A DNA stretch of 64,000 bases from Acidobacteriota bacterium (lineage in GTDB: Bacteria; Acidobacteriota; UBA890; WLXD01): positions 1,696,001 through 1,760,000 of the forward strand of contig CAXWPH010000015.1 of the NCBI GenBank assembly GCA_963666055.2. Reading direction: 5' to 3'. A program made the translations under genes and the position numbers. This document shows, piece after piece, positions 52,068 to 63,150 of this stretch (positions are counted from its first letter, which is position 1; every line of letters starts with the position of its first letter). The notes below the pieces were generated by a model. That model had not been told where the DNA came from and searched no databases. It saw only the letters and a program-made list of their open reading frames with translations.

Positions 52068-53312
52068 TTAGCGCAGGATGCCGGCGGTGCGAACCGGGTT
52101 GCCGTCGTTGGCGGGCACCTGGATACCGAGCGCGGCGGCGAGCAGCGCGTAGACGTCGACCGCCTCGATTGGTGGCACGATGACGCCGCTCGCGAACGCC
52201 GGGCCGGCGGCTACGAAGATCGCCTGCATATCCGGGTGCGTCGGGTCCTGGCCGTGATCGCCGGCGGGGATTCTGTTGCCCCACTCGGCGCGCCGCGAGC
52301 GGGTGAGCACCTCCCATCCCACATCCGGTGTCGCCAGTATCGGCGGCAGCCGCGGGTGGTCGTATAGGCGCAGCCGTGCGGGCAGTTCTTGGCGACGATA
52401 GACGTGCAGGTTTGGATGGGCACCAGCCAGCGCTTCGTAGATCAGGTCTTCGCGACCGGAGCGCGGAAACAACTGCAGCAGCGCACCCTGCTCGAAGACC
52501 TCGTCGGGTTCGAGATCGACGAGGTCATCCACCAATATCACTCGTTCGGAGTCCATCTGCGCCATGCCATGGTCGGCGACCAAGACGATATTCGTCGACT
52601 GCCGCAAGCGACGTTCGTCGAGGCCGTCGAGCAAACGTCCAACGGTCGCATCGACACGACGAACCGCGGCCATCGTCTCGCCGGCCAACGGGCCGAAGCG
52701 ATGGCCGCTGTCGTTGGGCTCTCCGAAGTACAGCGCGATAAGCGACGGGCGCTCGTTGGCGGGAAGATCAATCCACTCGAGGGCCTGGTCGACGCGCGCT
52801 TCGAACGGAACGCTGGCGTCGAACTCGTACCAGTGAGTCGGGCGTACCCCCTGCACAGCCGCCTCGGATCCCGGCCAAAAGTAGACGGCCGACCGGAGTC
52901 CTTGGCGCTGTGCGGCCACCCAGATCGGTTCGCCGCCCCACCAACGACCGTTCTCCACCTCGCGCCGCCGGTCCAGACCGAACTCCTCTGGCCAACCCGG
53001 ATCGCGCATGTTGTTGGAGATGATTCCGTGGTGACCCGGATAGAGGCCGGTCACCAACGTGTAGTGGCCTGGGAAGGTTTTGCTCGGGAACGGCGGGATC
53101 AGCCCCTCGGCACGCACCCCGCCGGCGATTACGCGATCCAGGTGCGGTGTCTCGACCCGCTCGATGTAGTCGGAGCGGAAGCCGTCCATCGAGATCAAGA
53201 CCAGCGTTGGCGGCAAGCTCGGAGACTCACTTCGAATCGAGCCGCATCCGACAGGCGCCGCCATCAGCACGGCTACCAGTATGGCTCCCACCCTTGAAAT
53301 CGCCCGATGCAT
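52068..53312 (-). CDS. Ectonucleotide pyrophosphatase/phosphodiesterase (alkaline phosphatase superfamily)
   Basis: ISMDGFR, FPSKTFPGHYTLVTGLYP, DHGM, GDHG. Confidence 0.9.
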   Translation of the reverse strand: MHRAISRVGAILVAVLMAAPVGCGSIRSESPSLPPTLVLISMDGFRSDYIERVETPHLDRVIAGGVRAEGLIPPFPSKTFPGHYTLVTGLYPGHHGIISNNMRDPGWPEEFGLDRRREVENGRWWGGEPIWVAAQRQGLRSAVYFWPGSEAAVQGVRPTHWYEFDASVPFEARVDQALEWIDLPANERPSLIALYFGEPNDSGHRFGPLAGETMAAVRRVDATVGRLLDGLDERRLRQSTNIVLVADHGMAQMDSERVILVDDLVDLEPDEVFEQGALLQLFPRSGREDLIYEALAGAHPNLHVYRRQELPARLRLYDHPRLPPILATPDVGWEVLTRSRRAEWGNRIPAGDHGQDPTHPDMQAIFVAAGPAFASGVIVPPIEAVDVYALLAAALGIQVPANDGNPVRTAGILR

Positions 53313-53550
53313 CGCGCTCCCCCGTCGCCCCCGATGGCGCTCACCGCCGCCGGAGCTCCGCCGACGTAGACGCCACCAGCCGAGGAGTCTAGCTTGTCGT
53401 GGACAGGCTTGATGATCCGACGGGCAGCCTCCCATGGGGGCGTCAAGATGTGGAATGCGCCGATCCGCTGGTCACCGGAGGCAGAGCGTCGATTCCAGCG
53501 ACCGCAGGTGGAATGAGACCGTTGACTGGACTGTCTAATATGCGACGGTC

Positions 53551-54156
53551 ATGGAGACTCCTGTGCCCGACTCATCCCCAGGCGCCGATCAAGATGACCG
53601 GATCTTGGTCGATCGGGCACAGAGCGGCGACGAACAGGCGTTCAGGCTACTGGTGGAGCGCTACGAGGGAGCGGTGGCAGCAACGGTAATCGGCATGCTG
53701 GGTCCCGGCGCCGACGCCGACGACGTTGGCCAGGAGGTCTTCGTGCGCTTCTACAGATCGCTCCCCAGATTCCGCGGCGAGGCGGCAGTGAAGACCTACC
53801 TGACACGTATCGCCATCAATCAGTCACTCAACGCGCTAAAACGTCGCCGCAGGCTACTCGACCGATTCGTCAGCCGCGACCGTTCCGCCGATGAGGCCCC
53901 TCTGGTCGAACCGACCGTGAGTGGCGAACGAGCCGTGTCCAGCAACGATGTAGGCGGGGCGGTGCATGCGGCGATCCGCTCGCTCAGAGTCGAACATCGG
54001 GCGATCGTGGTTCTGCGTATGATCGAAGGCTATTCGACCCGCGAGACAGCAGAGCTTCTCGGAGTTCCGCAAGGGACCGTCATGTCGCGTCTGTCCCGGG
54101 CGATGAAGACGCTGAAGCCGATGCTCCGACCATGGGCGGCCGAATCCGATGGCTGA
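53551..54156 (+). CDS. ECF RNA polymerase sigma-70 factor
   Basis: GDEQAFRLLVERY, DDVGQEVF, ETAELLGVPQGTVMSRLSRA. Confidence 0.92.
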   Translation: METPVPDSSPGADQDDRILVDRAQSGDEQAFRLLVERYEGAVAATVIGMLGPGADADDVGQEVFVRFYRSLPRFRGEAAVKTYLTRIAINQSLNALKRRRRLLDRFVSRDRSADEAPLVEPTVSGERAVSSNDVGGAVHAAIRSLRVEHRAIVVLRMIEGYSTRETAELLGVPQGTVMSRLSRAMKTLKPMLRPWAAESDG

Positions 54157-54475
54157 ACGAACCCCGGAAACCGAAACCGAACGGCTTGTCCGCGCGCACG
54201 CGCGGCGTTCTTTCGGCCCCGGATTCACCGACCGCGTGATGGAGCGCGTGGGCGAGGACGCCAGCGGCTTGGTGCTCTTGCAGCAGTTTTGGCGACTCGC
54301 TGCGGCAGCGACAGCTGTCACGCTATTGCTGGTCGGCTACAGCGTGCTGTGGACAGAGCCCGTCGAGGGCCAATCTCTCATGGAGGCGGCTCTGGGCCTC
54401 GAGCCTGTTTCGATCGCGGCAGCCTACCAGTTGGCTGACAAGCTACCCGACATCAGCGTTGGCGATTCGCTGTGA
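54149..54475 (+). CDS. Putative membrane anti-sigma factor
   Basis: Overlaps the sigma stop; PGFTDRVM followed by a TM helix. Confidence 0.65.
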   Translation: MAERTPETETERLVRAHARRSFGPGFTDRVMERVGEDASGLVLLQQFWRLAAAATAVTLLLVGYSVLWTEPVEGQSLMEAALGLEPVSIAAAYQLADKLPDISVGDSL

Positions 54476-54867
54476 GCCCCAGTGCCCGCTCGTCCCTGCT
54501 GCTCGGCATTACGCTGGCGATTGGCGTTGTGCTCGGAGTGTTCCTCGGCGGCGCCCTACAGCAATTCCGCTTCGGGATAATCCAGGGTCTTGGCGACAGA
54601 CAAGGTTTCGTACGTCACTTGGAGCGCATCATCGGTCCGCGAGACGAACAGCAGCGGCAAGCGATCCGCCCGATCCTGGAGGCAGCGGCCGAACGCAACC
54701 ACGAGATCGACCGTGGATCCCGCGACCAGCTGCGCGCCGCGCTCTACGCGATGATCGCCGAGCTCAGCGAGCACTTGGACGACGAGCAGCTGCAGCGCTT
54801 GGAGGGCTTCGCGCGCCGTCCGCCGCCCCGAGGGCCGCCCGGCGGGCCGCCGCCGCCGCGACGCTAG
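54472..54867 (+). CDS. Periplasmic helical accessory protein (Spy/CpxP/heavy-metal-sensor-like)
   Basis: N-terminal TM, DEQQRQAIRPIL..LDDEQLQR pattern; third gene of the ECF operon. Confidence 0.6.
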   Translation: MSPSARSSLLLGITLAIGVVLGVFLGGALQQFRFGIIQGLGDRQGFVRHLERIIGPRDEQQRQAIRPILEAAAERNHEIDRGSRDQLRAALYAMIAELSEHLDDEQLQRLEGFARRPPPRGPPGGPPPPRR

Positions 54868-55189
54868 CGCACCAGCTGCCGCAGCGTCGCCAGCTTGGGC
54901 TCGAGGCTGGCCTGGATCTGCTCGACTCGACGCTCGACGTCGAGCGCCTCGATGCGTTGCTTGATCTCCTGCACCTTGCCATCGACATCGAGCACAGTCG
55001 CTCCAATCGATTGGATCCAAGGCGCAGATCCGGCCCGATCGCGCCACCTTCGAGAACCTCGCCAACCTCGCACAGTCGCCGAAATCCCCCTGGGGTATAA
55101 CGAGAAACCTTCGCGCCGGGCTCGACAATCGGGCCTTCAGGGTCCAGCCTGGGAGCTATCCAATACCACTTGCTTCCTGTGGGGGGAAA

Positions 55190-55558
55190 ATGACCAAGGC
55201 CGATATGGCTGCGAAGCTAGCCACCAAGTGCGACCTTTCCAAGGCCAAGGCCGAGGAGATCATCGACTGCATCTTCTCGACCAAGCCGGGACAGGGAATC
55301 CTCGCCGTCGAGCTCGATGCCGGTAGAAAGGTCTCGATCGCCGGCTTCGGGAACTTCGAGACTCGCCATCGCAAGGCGCGTCTTGGCCGCAACCCGGCGA
55401 CCGGAGCAACGATCAACATCGCCGCCACCACGGTGCCAGCGTTCAAGGCTGCAAAAGGTCTCAAGGATCGCGTCGCCGACCGTGAATCATCGATGACAGG
55501 TGGATCACCGATGACAGGTGGATCACCGATGACAGGTGGATCACCGATGATGGGCTGA
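55190..55558 (+). CDS. hup: HU family DNA-binding protein with C-terminal repeat tail
   Basis: MTKADM..GFGNFETRHRKARLGRNPATG..PAFKAAKGLKD. Confidence 0.9.
   Translation: MTKADMAAKLATKCDLSKAKAEEIIDCIFSTKPGQGILAVELDAGRKVSIAGFGNFETRHRKARLGRNPATGATINIAATTVPAFKAAKGLKDRVADRESSMTGGSPMTGGSPMTGGSPMMG
55491..55550 (+). repeat. 18-bp tandem repeat (3.3 copies) inside the HU gene
   Basis: CGATGACAGGTGGATCAC x3 + CGATGA. Confidence 0.9.
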
Positions 55559-55574
55559 CCGAAGGGACCATCGG

Positions 55575-55781
55575 GTGGCCGAATCGGATCCGCCAGCGGG
55601 CGGGAACGATAGATCTGGCTTGCTCGTGGTCATAGTGCTGATCGCCTCGGCGATTGCGTTCTTCATAGCCGGTGTTGCCCTGCTGCTTATGGGCGACTAC
55701 GAGTTGATCGGGGGCGTCCTTCTCGCAGTTGCGTTGGGGGACGCCCTTTGTGCGTTCGTGGTCAGCCGGAGGGCCCGCTAG
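55575..55781 (+). CDS. Small two-TM membrane protein
   Basis: Two hydrophobic helices; fits between HU and DUF819. Confidence 0.55.
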   Translation: MAESDPPAGGNDRSGLLVVIVLIASAIAFFIAGVALLLMGDYELIGGVLLAVALGDALCAFVVSRRAR

Positions 55782-55787
55782 CAGGCC

Positions 55788-56936
55788 GTGGTGATTCGCG
55801 ACCCGGTGGCGGTGGTCCTGGTGCTGGCTGCGGTGGTGTTTCTAGCGCTGTGGCTGGAGGAGAGGTTCGCCCTCTTCCGCGCCCTGGGCGCCGCCCTGGT
55901 GGGGATCTTGCTCGGCATGGCGCTGTCCAACTCCGGCGTTCTGCCGGGGACCTCGCCCACCTATCATTGGCTGAGTAGTCACGGCGTCAGCCTCTCGATC
56001 GCGCTAATCCTGATCAATGTCGATCTGCGCTCTCTGGCGGACGCAGGGATGAGCATGCTCGCCGCCTTTGGAATCGGCGCCGCGTCCACCGCCGCGGGAG
56101 CCGTCACCGGAGCGTTGCTGTGGGGGCACCGGGTCGGACCCGAGAGCTGGAAGCTTGCCGGTCAGTTCACCGGCACCTACACGGGCGGAGGAATGAACTT
56201 CGCGGCGCTAGGGCGTGCCTTCGACACCAGCAGCGACCTTTTCTCGGCGGCAATCGCCGCCGACGTAGCGCTCACCGCTCTGTGGATGGCGGCGTGTCTC
56301 GTCGCACCATTGCTGCTGTCGACCGCCAGCCCAGCCCGAGACACCACGGCCAACGGAATTCGGAAGGAGGAGCCGTCGGGCATTGCACGGGCGCTCAACA
56401 GCAGCGTTCGGCCAATCGCCATTACCGACTTGGCGGCGCTGGTGACGCTGGCCATCGGAGCAGTCTGGCTCGCTGGGCAGGTCGCCGCACTGGTACCTGT
56501 GCTGCCCGAGATTCTCTGGTTGACCACGATCGTGCTGTTGCTGGCACAGGTGCCAGGGATCAAGGGGTTGGCCGGGGGTGCTCTGCTCGGCAACTACGTT
56601 CTGCTGTTGTTCCTGGCTGGTAACGGCGCGCAATCGGTGCTGGCGAACATATTTCGCGTCGGGCCAGCCGTCTTCTGGTTCGCCGCCACGACGGTCGTCG
56701 TACATGGCATCGGAATCTTCGGGATCGGCCGGCTGGTCGGAATCGATGCCGCAACGTTGGCGGTGGCGTCGCAGGCCAACGTCGGCGGCCCCGCTTCGGC
56801 GGTTGCTTTGGCGTCGGCGCGCGGCTACACGGACCAATTGCTCCCCGGCGTTGCCATTGGCCTGTTGGGGTACGCGGTCGGAAACTACACTGGCTTCATG
56901 GTGGCGAACCTGATGCGCGCCTGGCTGGGCGGCTAA
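55788..56936 (+). CDS. DUF819 family membrane protein
   Basis: [35 protein letters not shown]. Confidence 0.88.
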   Translation: MVIRDPVAVVLVLAAVVFLALWLEERFALFRALGAALVGILLGMALSNSGVLPGTSPTYHWLSSHGVSLSIALILINVDLRSLADAGMSMLAAFGIGAASTAAGAVTGALLWGHRVGPESWKLAGQFTGTYTGGGMNFAALGRAFDTSSDLFSAAIAADVALTALWMAACLVAPLLLSTASPARDTTANGIRKEEPSGIARALNSSVRPIAITDLAALVTLAIGAVWLAGQVAALVPVLPEILWLTTIVLLLAQVPGIKGLAGGALLGNYVLLLFLAGNGAQSVLANIFRVGPAVFWFAATTVVVHGIGIFGIGRLVGIDAATLAVASQANVGGPASAVALASARGYTDQLLPGVAIGLLGYAVGNYTGFMVANLMRAWLGG

Positions 56937-56959
56937 TCTCGCACCCGGAGGTTCTTCTC

Positions 56960-58615
56960 ATATCCAGACAACCGATAACCGGCATGCTGCAAGGCCTGCA
57001 GGCCTCGCAGAAGCGAGGCCTGGAGCGCACGTTCCGGCGCCGCGTACCACCCGAGAGGGTGGTCTCCGGTGAGCTCGCACGGCACCTCGCAGAGCTGTCT
57101 GGCGAGCTCGGCCGCCAGATCGGCGTGCTCTTGGCTCGGAACGGAGCCGTACGGCACGTGATTGTAGGTGACGCCCACAAGCTCATGCTGCCCGATATCG
57201 GCCGGCTGCGAGGCGGTGCCGGCCGCTTCCGCGGTCTGCGACTGGTACATACGCATCTGCGGGGCGAGGCGCTTACTGCCGACGACCTGAACGACCTGGC
57301 GCTACTGCGACTGGACATGGTGGCGATGATCGAGGTGCAGGCCGATGGTCTACCCGGCCGTATCGAGGCGGCCTATCTCGATCCCGCAGCGCTCGCTGAG
57401 CCTGGCGACGGCGAGCCCCTCGACGATCCGTTCGTTCATCAGCACGCCCGCAACGTTCAGTCGCTCGATCTCGACTTCGCCGCCACGATTGCCGCGCTCG
57501 AGGAGGAGTTCGCCCGTGTAGTCGGTCGCGCGCGTGGGCCCAAGGATGCCGAGCGTGCCCTGGTAATCGGCTGTCGGCGGCAGGACGAGCATTTTGCGGA
57601 GACGCTGGAGCTCGTGCGCTCGTCCGGCGTCGTCGTTGCCGGCACCATGCGGCAGAAAAGTCGTATCCATCCGAAGACGATCGTCGGCCGAGGCAAGCTA
57701 CAGGAGCTCATCCTCGAGGCGATGCGCCGCAACGCAGACGTGGCGATCTTCGATATCAATCTCAAGCCGGCCCAGGCCCGAGCGTTCGAAGACGCTACTG
57801 GAATGAAGGCAATCGATCGCACCCAGCTGATCCTCGATATCTTCGCCCAACGGGCCCGCAGCCGCGACGGCAAGCTGCAGGTCGAGCTCGCACAGCTCCG
57901 CTACTCACTACCGCGATTGACCGACGAAGACGCCGGCCTATCGCGCCTCACCGGCGGTATCGGCGGACGCGGTCCCGGCGAGACCGTGCTGGAAATCGGC
58001 CGCCGCCGCATCCGCGATCGCATCCGGCGCTTGGAGAAACAAGTCGAGCAGCTCTCCAAGCAGCGCGACGTGCGACGGCGACGGCGACGCCAGCAGGGCC
58101 TTCCCGTGCTGTCGATCGTCGGCTACACGAACGCCGGCAAGAGCACCTTGCTCAACGCGCTCACCTCGTCGAACATCGAGACCGAAGACCGACTGTTCAT
58201 GACGCTCGATCCCACCAGTCGGCGGCTGCGCTTCCCGCGCGAGGGCGAGGTGATCATCACCGATACCGTCGGTTTTATCGCCGAGCTACCACGAGACCTC
58301 TTCGACGCGTTCCGCGCCACCTTGGAGGAGCTCGTCGATGCGGATCTCTTGCTGCACGTCGTCGACGCGTCCGATGCCCGCATCGATGACAAGATCGACG
58401 CCGTCAACGGCCTGCTGGATGATCTCGACGCCCTGCGAATACCGGTTCTGAAGGTGCTCAACAAGGCCGACCTCGTGCCCGACGAGGAGATGACCGGATT
58501 GGTCGTCAGACACGATGCGGTCGCCGTTTGCGCCACCCGGCGGACCGGCCTCGACAGGCTATTGAGGGAGGCCGAGAGCCGGATCAATGGCAGCCGGCCG
58601 GCTCCTCGACGGTAG
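56960..58615 (+). CDS. hflX: GTPase HflX (long form); probable ATA start, first ATG at 56984
   Basis: [45 protein letters not shown]. Confidence 0.93.
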   Translation: MSRQPITGMLQGLQASQKRGLERTFRRRVPPERVVSGELARHLAELSGELGRQIGVLLARNGAVRHVIVGDAHKLMLPDIGRLRGGAGRFRGLRLVHTHLRGEALTADDLNDLALLRLDMVAMIEVQADGLPGRIEAAYLDPAALAEPGDGEPLDDPFVHQHARNVQSLDLDFAATIAALEEEFARVVGRARGPKDAERALVIGCRRQDEHFAETLELVRSSGVVVAGTMRQKSRIHPKTIVGRGKLQELILEAMRRNADVAIFDINLKPAQARAFEDATGMKAIDRTQLILDIFAQRARSRDGKLQVELAQLRYSLPRLTDEDAGLSRLTGGIGGRGPGETVLEIGRRRIRDRIRRLEKQVEQLSKQRDVRRRRRRQQGLPVLSIVGYTNAGKSTLLNALTSSNIETEDRLFMTLDPTSRRLRFPREGEVIITDTVGFIAELPRDLFDAFRATLEELVDADLLLHVVDASDARIDDKIDAVNGLLDDLDALRIPVLKVLNKADLVPDEEMTGLVVRHDAVAVCATRRTGLDRLLREAESRINGSRPAPRR

Positions 58616-58650
58616 AATACTGAGCGACGGCACAGCCGCAGCGAAGCCGT

Positions 58651-59832
58651 CTATCGCGCTTGGAACCAGGCACGCAGGATCTGCTGAGCTGGCTTGCCGC
58701 GCGGCGTGAAGTCGCTGTTACCGGGTCCGCCCCAAGCGAGATCGGTGTGCCAAATCCAGAAGTACACGCCGACGAGCCAACTGGCGTTCTCGCTGTCGGG
58801 CACGCCGAGACCGCCGCCGCCAGCCACCGCGCCGAGTGACTCGACCAGGCAGGCGTAGGCAGTGGTCTGAACGGTGACATCGGCAACCTGATCGTCGTGC
58901 CACTCCCAGGGGCGGTAAGCAGCGCCGAATGCCGACTTGTAGCCGACCTCGGTAAGCAGAACGGGGCGGTCGTAGCGTGCTGCCACCGTCGCCATGACGT
59001 TACGGATCCGGTCCAGGCGCTCGAGGCAATTGGCGCCGTTGATCGCTTCGTCGCGATCGCCGGTAAGGGGCCAGAACGCGTCGACACCAATGTAATCGAC
59101 TGCGTCCCACCATTCGATCTGCTCGAATTCGTTGTCCCAGTTGGCTGCATAGGTGAGCTCGCCGGAGAACACCCGGCGGATGTCAGACGCCAGCTGACGC
59201 CAAAAGTCGGGATGCCCCAGGGCTACACGCGTGAGCTCCGAGCCCATGGAGATGCCCACGACCCGCTCCTGCTCACCGAGTCGCGCGAAGCCCAGCACCG
59301 CGTCGCGATAGGCCTGCTCCCACACCGGCCATGCCGCCCGATCGGGATCGATGTCGCCCCGCCACGCCCCATCCGAGCGATCGTCGAGCCAGAGGTGCGG
59401 TTTGAGCAATACCGCCAGCCCACGTTCGTGTGCCAAGCGAATCGCCGACCGCGTGTCCGCCTCGACGCGGTGGCGCGAGGGCCGCCAGGTAAGCTCCGCA
59501 ACACCGAGCTGCGGTTGAAAGAAGCTCGGTATGAGTGCTACGTGATCAACACCCAACTCGACCAACGCGTCGAGGCTCACGGGCAACGCCCCGAGATCGA
59601 TCGGAGCGCCGTAGCCGCCGATCGGCTCGATGTTCATGCCACGGTGAAAGCTCGTTGGCAGCGGCGGAATGGCCTTCTCGGGGCCGCCCATCGCTGCATC
59701 CGGCGCGTCAGAAACGGTACACGCCCAGGTCATGGCAAGCACGGCAGGCGCGAGCGACCACCGGCGCCAGCAACGCCGGGCGCGCGGCGGTGGCCAGCGG
59801 CACCAGTCGAGCCCCCATGACAACGTACTCAT
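58651..59832 (-). CDS. Glycoside hydrolase family 113-like protein
   Basis: VLLKPHLW, WRGDI, GSEL, LTYAANWD, DYIGVDAFWPL, LTEVGY, FTPRGKPA; start uncertain. Confidence 0.8.
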   Translation of the reverse strand: MSTLSWGLDWCRWPPPRARRCWRRWSLAPAVLAMTWACTVSDAPDAAMGGPEKAIPPLPTSFHRGMNIEPIGGYGAPIDLGALPVSLDALVELGVDHVALIPSFFQPQLGVAELTWRPSRHRVEADTRSAIRLAHERGLAVLLKPHLWLDDRSDGAWRGDIDPDRAAWPVWEQAYRDAVLGFARLGEQERVVGISMGSELTRVALGHPDFWRQLASDIRRVFSGELTYAANWDNEFEQIEWWDAVDYIGVDAFWPLTGDRDEAINGANCLERLDRIRNVMATVAARYDRPVLLTEVGYKSAFGAAYRPWEWHDDQVADVTVQTTAYACLVESLGAVAGGGGLGVPDSENASWLVGVYFWIWHTDLAWGGPGNSDFTPRGKPAQQILRAWFQAR

Positions 59833-59940
59833 GGCGAAATCTTACATGCGGTTCTGGGCCGTCATGAATCGCCACTGGCGCCGAGTCGCTCCGCGCGGTC
59901 AAATACCCCCTTGCCAGCTAGCCTGCCAACGGAGCCCGCG

Positions 59941-60768
59941 ATGAAATGTTCACGGAACACCATTGTGCTCGTCATTCCCCTACTCTTGACGGGCGCGGTG
60001 GCGCCCGGCGACAGTGCCGCTGGCGAGCCGGCTGCGACCCGCCTAGCCGTGATCGCGCTGCAGGACTGTGGCGACTGGCGCTACCCGGTGCTCTGCCGTG
60101 TCGAACTGCGCGTCAAAGCCGACAGCTATGACTGGCAGGACTATGACCCCGACGACGTGCTCGCCATCCCGCCGCGTGGTGACCTCGATATCGAGATCAG
60201 CGGACGCGACCAGGACGGCCGCAACTTTCCCCAAGATCGCTTGGCGCTAGGGTTCGACGACCGCGGCTGCAGAAGCGTCCTGGACGTCGAGCCTAGGGAC
60301 GAAGGGACCATGCGGATCTCGGCACGACGTCCAGATGGTCGATGTCGGCTCGAGCTCTACGTACCCGGTAACCTCAACTTCGCATGGCGCATCGATGTCG
60401 AGGTGCGCCGCGACATGGCCTCCGGCTACGAGCGCCAAGAGGCCGAGGCAATCGTCCGCGCGCTTTATCGCGGCATACTGGGGCGCGACGCCGACGTTGG
60501 CAGCTTCGCTGGCGCCGTGTCGGAGGTGCAACGAGGTCGCCTCGAAATGCAGCTCCAGGCGATGCTGCGCAGCGGTGAGTTCCTGCAAAGCGTCGCGAAT
60601 ACGAGCTCGGCGGAGCTCCTCGACAGATTTTATCAAGGGCTGCTCGAGCGCAGCCCGGACTCCACCGGAACCCGCGACCTGTTACCGGAGTTGGAGCGCC
60701 GACGCTACCTGGACGTGGTGCTTTCGATCATTCGTTCCGCCGAGTTCGAGGAGCGGTTCCTACGCTAG
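59941..60768 (+). CDS. Secreted hypothetical protein with DUF4214-like C-terminal repeats
   Basis: Signal peptide; LYRGILGRDAD / FYQGLLERSPD..SAEF. Confidence 0.65.
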   Translation: MKCSRNTIVLVIPLLLTGAVAPGDSAAGEPAATRLAVIALQDCGDWRYPVLCRVELRVKADSYDWQDYDPDDVLAIPPRGDLDIEISGRDQDGRNFPQDRLALGFDDRGCRSVLDVEPRDEGTMRISARRPDGRCRLELYVPGNLNFAWRIDVEVRRDMASGYERQEAEAIVRALYRGILGRDADVGSFAGAVSEVQRGRLEMQLQAMLRSGEFLQSVANTSSAELLDRFYQGLLERSPDSTGTRDLLPELERRRYLDVVLSIIRSAEFEERFLR

Positions 60769-60854
60769 GGTCGCTGGCGCGCCGGCGATCAAAGATGTAC
60801 CTGCAACGAGCCGCAGGCGGCCGGCGGAAGTGGCCGTCTGAGAGACTGGTGACC

Positions 60855-62024
60855 ATGCCTTCGTTCCGTTCTCACTGCGCGCTTGGCGTAATGGCCCTGA
60901 TGCTAGCCACGCTGGGCGGTTGTCAGCCTGACGTCGACGCGACGGCGGCGGGAGCTCGCCCCGATCCGGTCGTTGCCCTACCGGACGAGCCGAAGCTCGA
61001 CGACAACACGGCGCTGGCGCTGGCAGCAATGTCACTCGCATGCCTTGATCGGCCGCACACAGCTCCCAGCGGCACCGGGTACCTGTACGAGCGCACCGCG
61101 GCGCTGCGTCCCGACTTTGAGACCACGCGCGCCTTCTACGGTTGTTTCGACTGGCACTCGGCGGTGAACTCGACCTGGGCGCTGGTCGAGATCCTCGATC
61201 GGTTCCCGGAGTCGCGCATCGCTCCGCTCATCGTCGAGAAGCTCGACGAGCACCTCGGAGCGCAACCGCTCGCCGGTGAGCTTTCCTTCTTCGCCGACAA
61301 CCGCTCCTTCGAGCGTCCCTATGGCTGGGCCTGGTTGCTGGCGCTGCATGCCGCGCTGAGCGACTCCACACACCCCGCGGCCGCCACGTGGACCGAGAAC
61401 ACGGCCTCGCTGGCGCAAGTGTTCGTCGATCGCCTGTCCTTCTATTTCGAAAGCCTCGACTATCCGGTGCGCGGCGGCCGCCATGCCAACACCGCCTTCG
61501 CGATGGATCTGATTCTCGACTACGCGCAGAGCACCGATGATACGGACCTACGACACCTGGTGGTATCGCGCGCCGCGGCGCTCTACGGCGCTGATGTCGA
61601 TTGCCCGTTGGCCTACGAGCCATCGGCCTCTGATTTCTTGTCGCCATGTCTACAAGAGGCGATGTTGATGGCACGGGTCCTCGATCGGCCGAGCTTCACG
61701 AGCTGGCACGACAGTTTTCTGCCGGCCCCGGACAGCCCGGGCTTTCGCCGGCTCGCTGAACAAGTGCAGCTGGGCGAGAGCGTCGCAGAGGACGGCGGGC
61801 TCATGGGGGCGAAGTCGCACCTGATCGGGCTGGCTTTCACGCGTGCCGAGGCGCTCAGTCGCCTGGCTGCCACCCTCGGTAGCGAGCATCCGAGCTTTGA
61901 GGCCTACCGATCAACTGCGGCACAACAGGCGGCCCACGGCACCGCGGCCATGTTCGAAGCCGACTACTACGGGTCGCACTGGCTCGGCACGTTCGCGATC
62001 AAGTACCTCATCACGCTGCAATAG
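60855..62024 (+). CDS. DUF2891 family lipoprotein
   Basis: FYGCFDWHSAV, FERPYGWAWLL, EPSASDFLSPCL, YYGSHWLGTFA. Confidence 0.88.
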   Translation: MPSFRSHCALGVMALMLATLGGCQPDVDATAAGARPDPVVALPDEPKLDDNTALALAAMSLACLDRPHTAPSGTGYLYERTAALRPDFETTRAFYGCFDWHSAVNSTWALVEILDRFPESRIAPLIVEKLDEHLGAQPLAGELSFFADNRSFERPYGWAWLLALHAALSDSTHPAAATWTENTASLAQVFVDRLSFYFESLDYPVRGGRHANTAFAMDLILDYAQSTDDTDLRHLVVSRAAALYGADVDCPLAYEPSASDFLSPCLQEAMLMARVLDRPSFTSWHDSFLPAPDSPGFRRLAEQVQLGESVAEDGGLMGAKSHLIGLAFTRAEALSRLAATLGSEHPSFEAYRSTAAQQAAHGTAAMFEADYYGSHWLGTFAIKYLITLQ

Positions 62025-62053
62025 GCGCGCAGCACCTGATAACGGGAAACTTC

Positions 62054-62566
62054 ATGCCGGTTTCGCTAGACAACTCGCGGGTCGTCTACGAGGCGCTCAA
62101 GTCGTGCGGCGTCGAGATCATCTCGGCGCTTCCGGAGACCTGGCTTGTACACCTCATTCAGCTCGCCGAGGAGGACGCCGACACCACGCTTGTGCGCCTC
62201 GCCAAGGAAGAGGAGGGCGTCGGGATCTCGATGGGTGCCCACCTCGCCGGCGTGCGAACGGCGATGCTCATGCAGAACCATGGGTTCCTGGCATCGATCA
62301 ACGGCATCGTCTCGGGGGCACAGCTTTATCGTATCCCGCTGCTGATGCTGATTAGCGACCGCGGCTCGTTCGGCGAGCGCGACCCGTGGCAGACGGAGGG
62401 CGGCGGACAGACCGTGCACGTCCTTGACGCATTGCGTATTCCCTACCTCCGTCTGGACGCGCCTGACCACGTGCTCTGCCGCGTCGAGCAGGCGATGTCG
62501 TTGGCTTACTCTTCCTTGCGGCCAGTCGGCGTGTTGCTCGGGCGCGACCTGATGTGGGAGGACTGA
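62054..62566 (+). CDS. comD: Sulfopyruvate decarboxylase alpha subunit-like (TPP enzyme N-terminal domain)
   Basis: KEEEGVGISMGAHLAG..LMQNHGF..IPLLMLISDRGSFGE. Confidence 0.75.
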   Translation: MPVSLDNSRVVYEALKSCGVEIISALPETWLVHLIQLAEEDADTTLVRLAKEEEGVGISMGAHLAGVRTAMLMQNHGFLASINGIVSGAQLYRIPLLMLISDRGSFGERDPWQTEGGGQTVHVLDALRIPYLRLDAPDHVLCRVEQAMSLAYSSLRPVGVLLGRDLMWED

Positions 62567-62580
62567 CGGTGGGCGACCGG

Positions 62581-63150
62581 ATGCTGCGGATAGATGCCCT
62601 CGGCGCGCTTTACGACCGGCTCGCCGACTGCGTGGTGGTGACCATCATGGGAGCGGTGGCGGCGGAGCTGCAATCGCTCGGACACCGACCCAACCACTTC
62701 TATCTGCAACACGCCATGGGATTGGCCTCATCCATGGGGCTGGGCCTGGCACTGGCCCTACCGGAACGCGAGGTCGTGGTGGTCGACGGAGATGGGTCGG
62801 CGCTGATGAATCTGGGCGGACTGACGACGTTGGGACGCTACCGACCTGGCAACCTAGTGCACCTGGTGTTCGACAACGAGAGCCTGTTGTCGGTCGGCGG
62901 GTTTCCCACTGCCACCGCCACAGGTTCCGATTTGGCGGCGATCGCCGCCGGCGCGGGAGTTCCTCGGACCAGCACCGTCGGCGATATCGATGCGCTGCTC
63001 GCAGCATTCGACGCCGCTCGTGAAGCACACGAGCTAGCCACCATCGTCGCCAAGGTGGCCGACGAAGGGCCCCAGGTATTCGTTACCGACCTAGGGCTGC
63101 TGGAGAATCGCTTCCAGTTCGCCCGCTACTTGCAGCAGGAGAGCTCATGA
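62581..63150 (+). CDS. comE: Sulfopyruvate decarboxylase beta subunit-like (TPP-binding)
   Basis: MGLASSMGLGLALA, DGDGSALMNLG, VFDNE. Confidence 0.75.
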   Translation: MLRIDALGALYDRLADCVVVTIMGAVAAELQSLGHRPNHFYLQHAMGLASSMGLGLALALPEREVVVVDGDGSALMNLGGLTTLGRYRPGNLVHLVFDNESLLSVGGFPTATATGSDLAAIAAGAGVPRTSTVGDIDALLAAFDAAREAHELATIVAKVADEGPQVFVTDLGLLENRFQFARYLQQESS

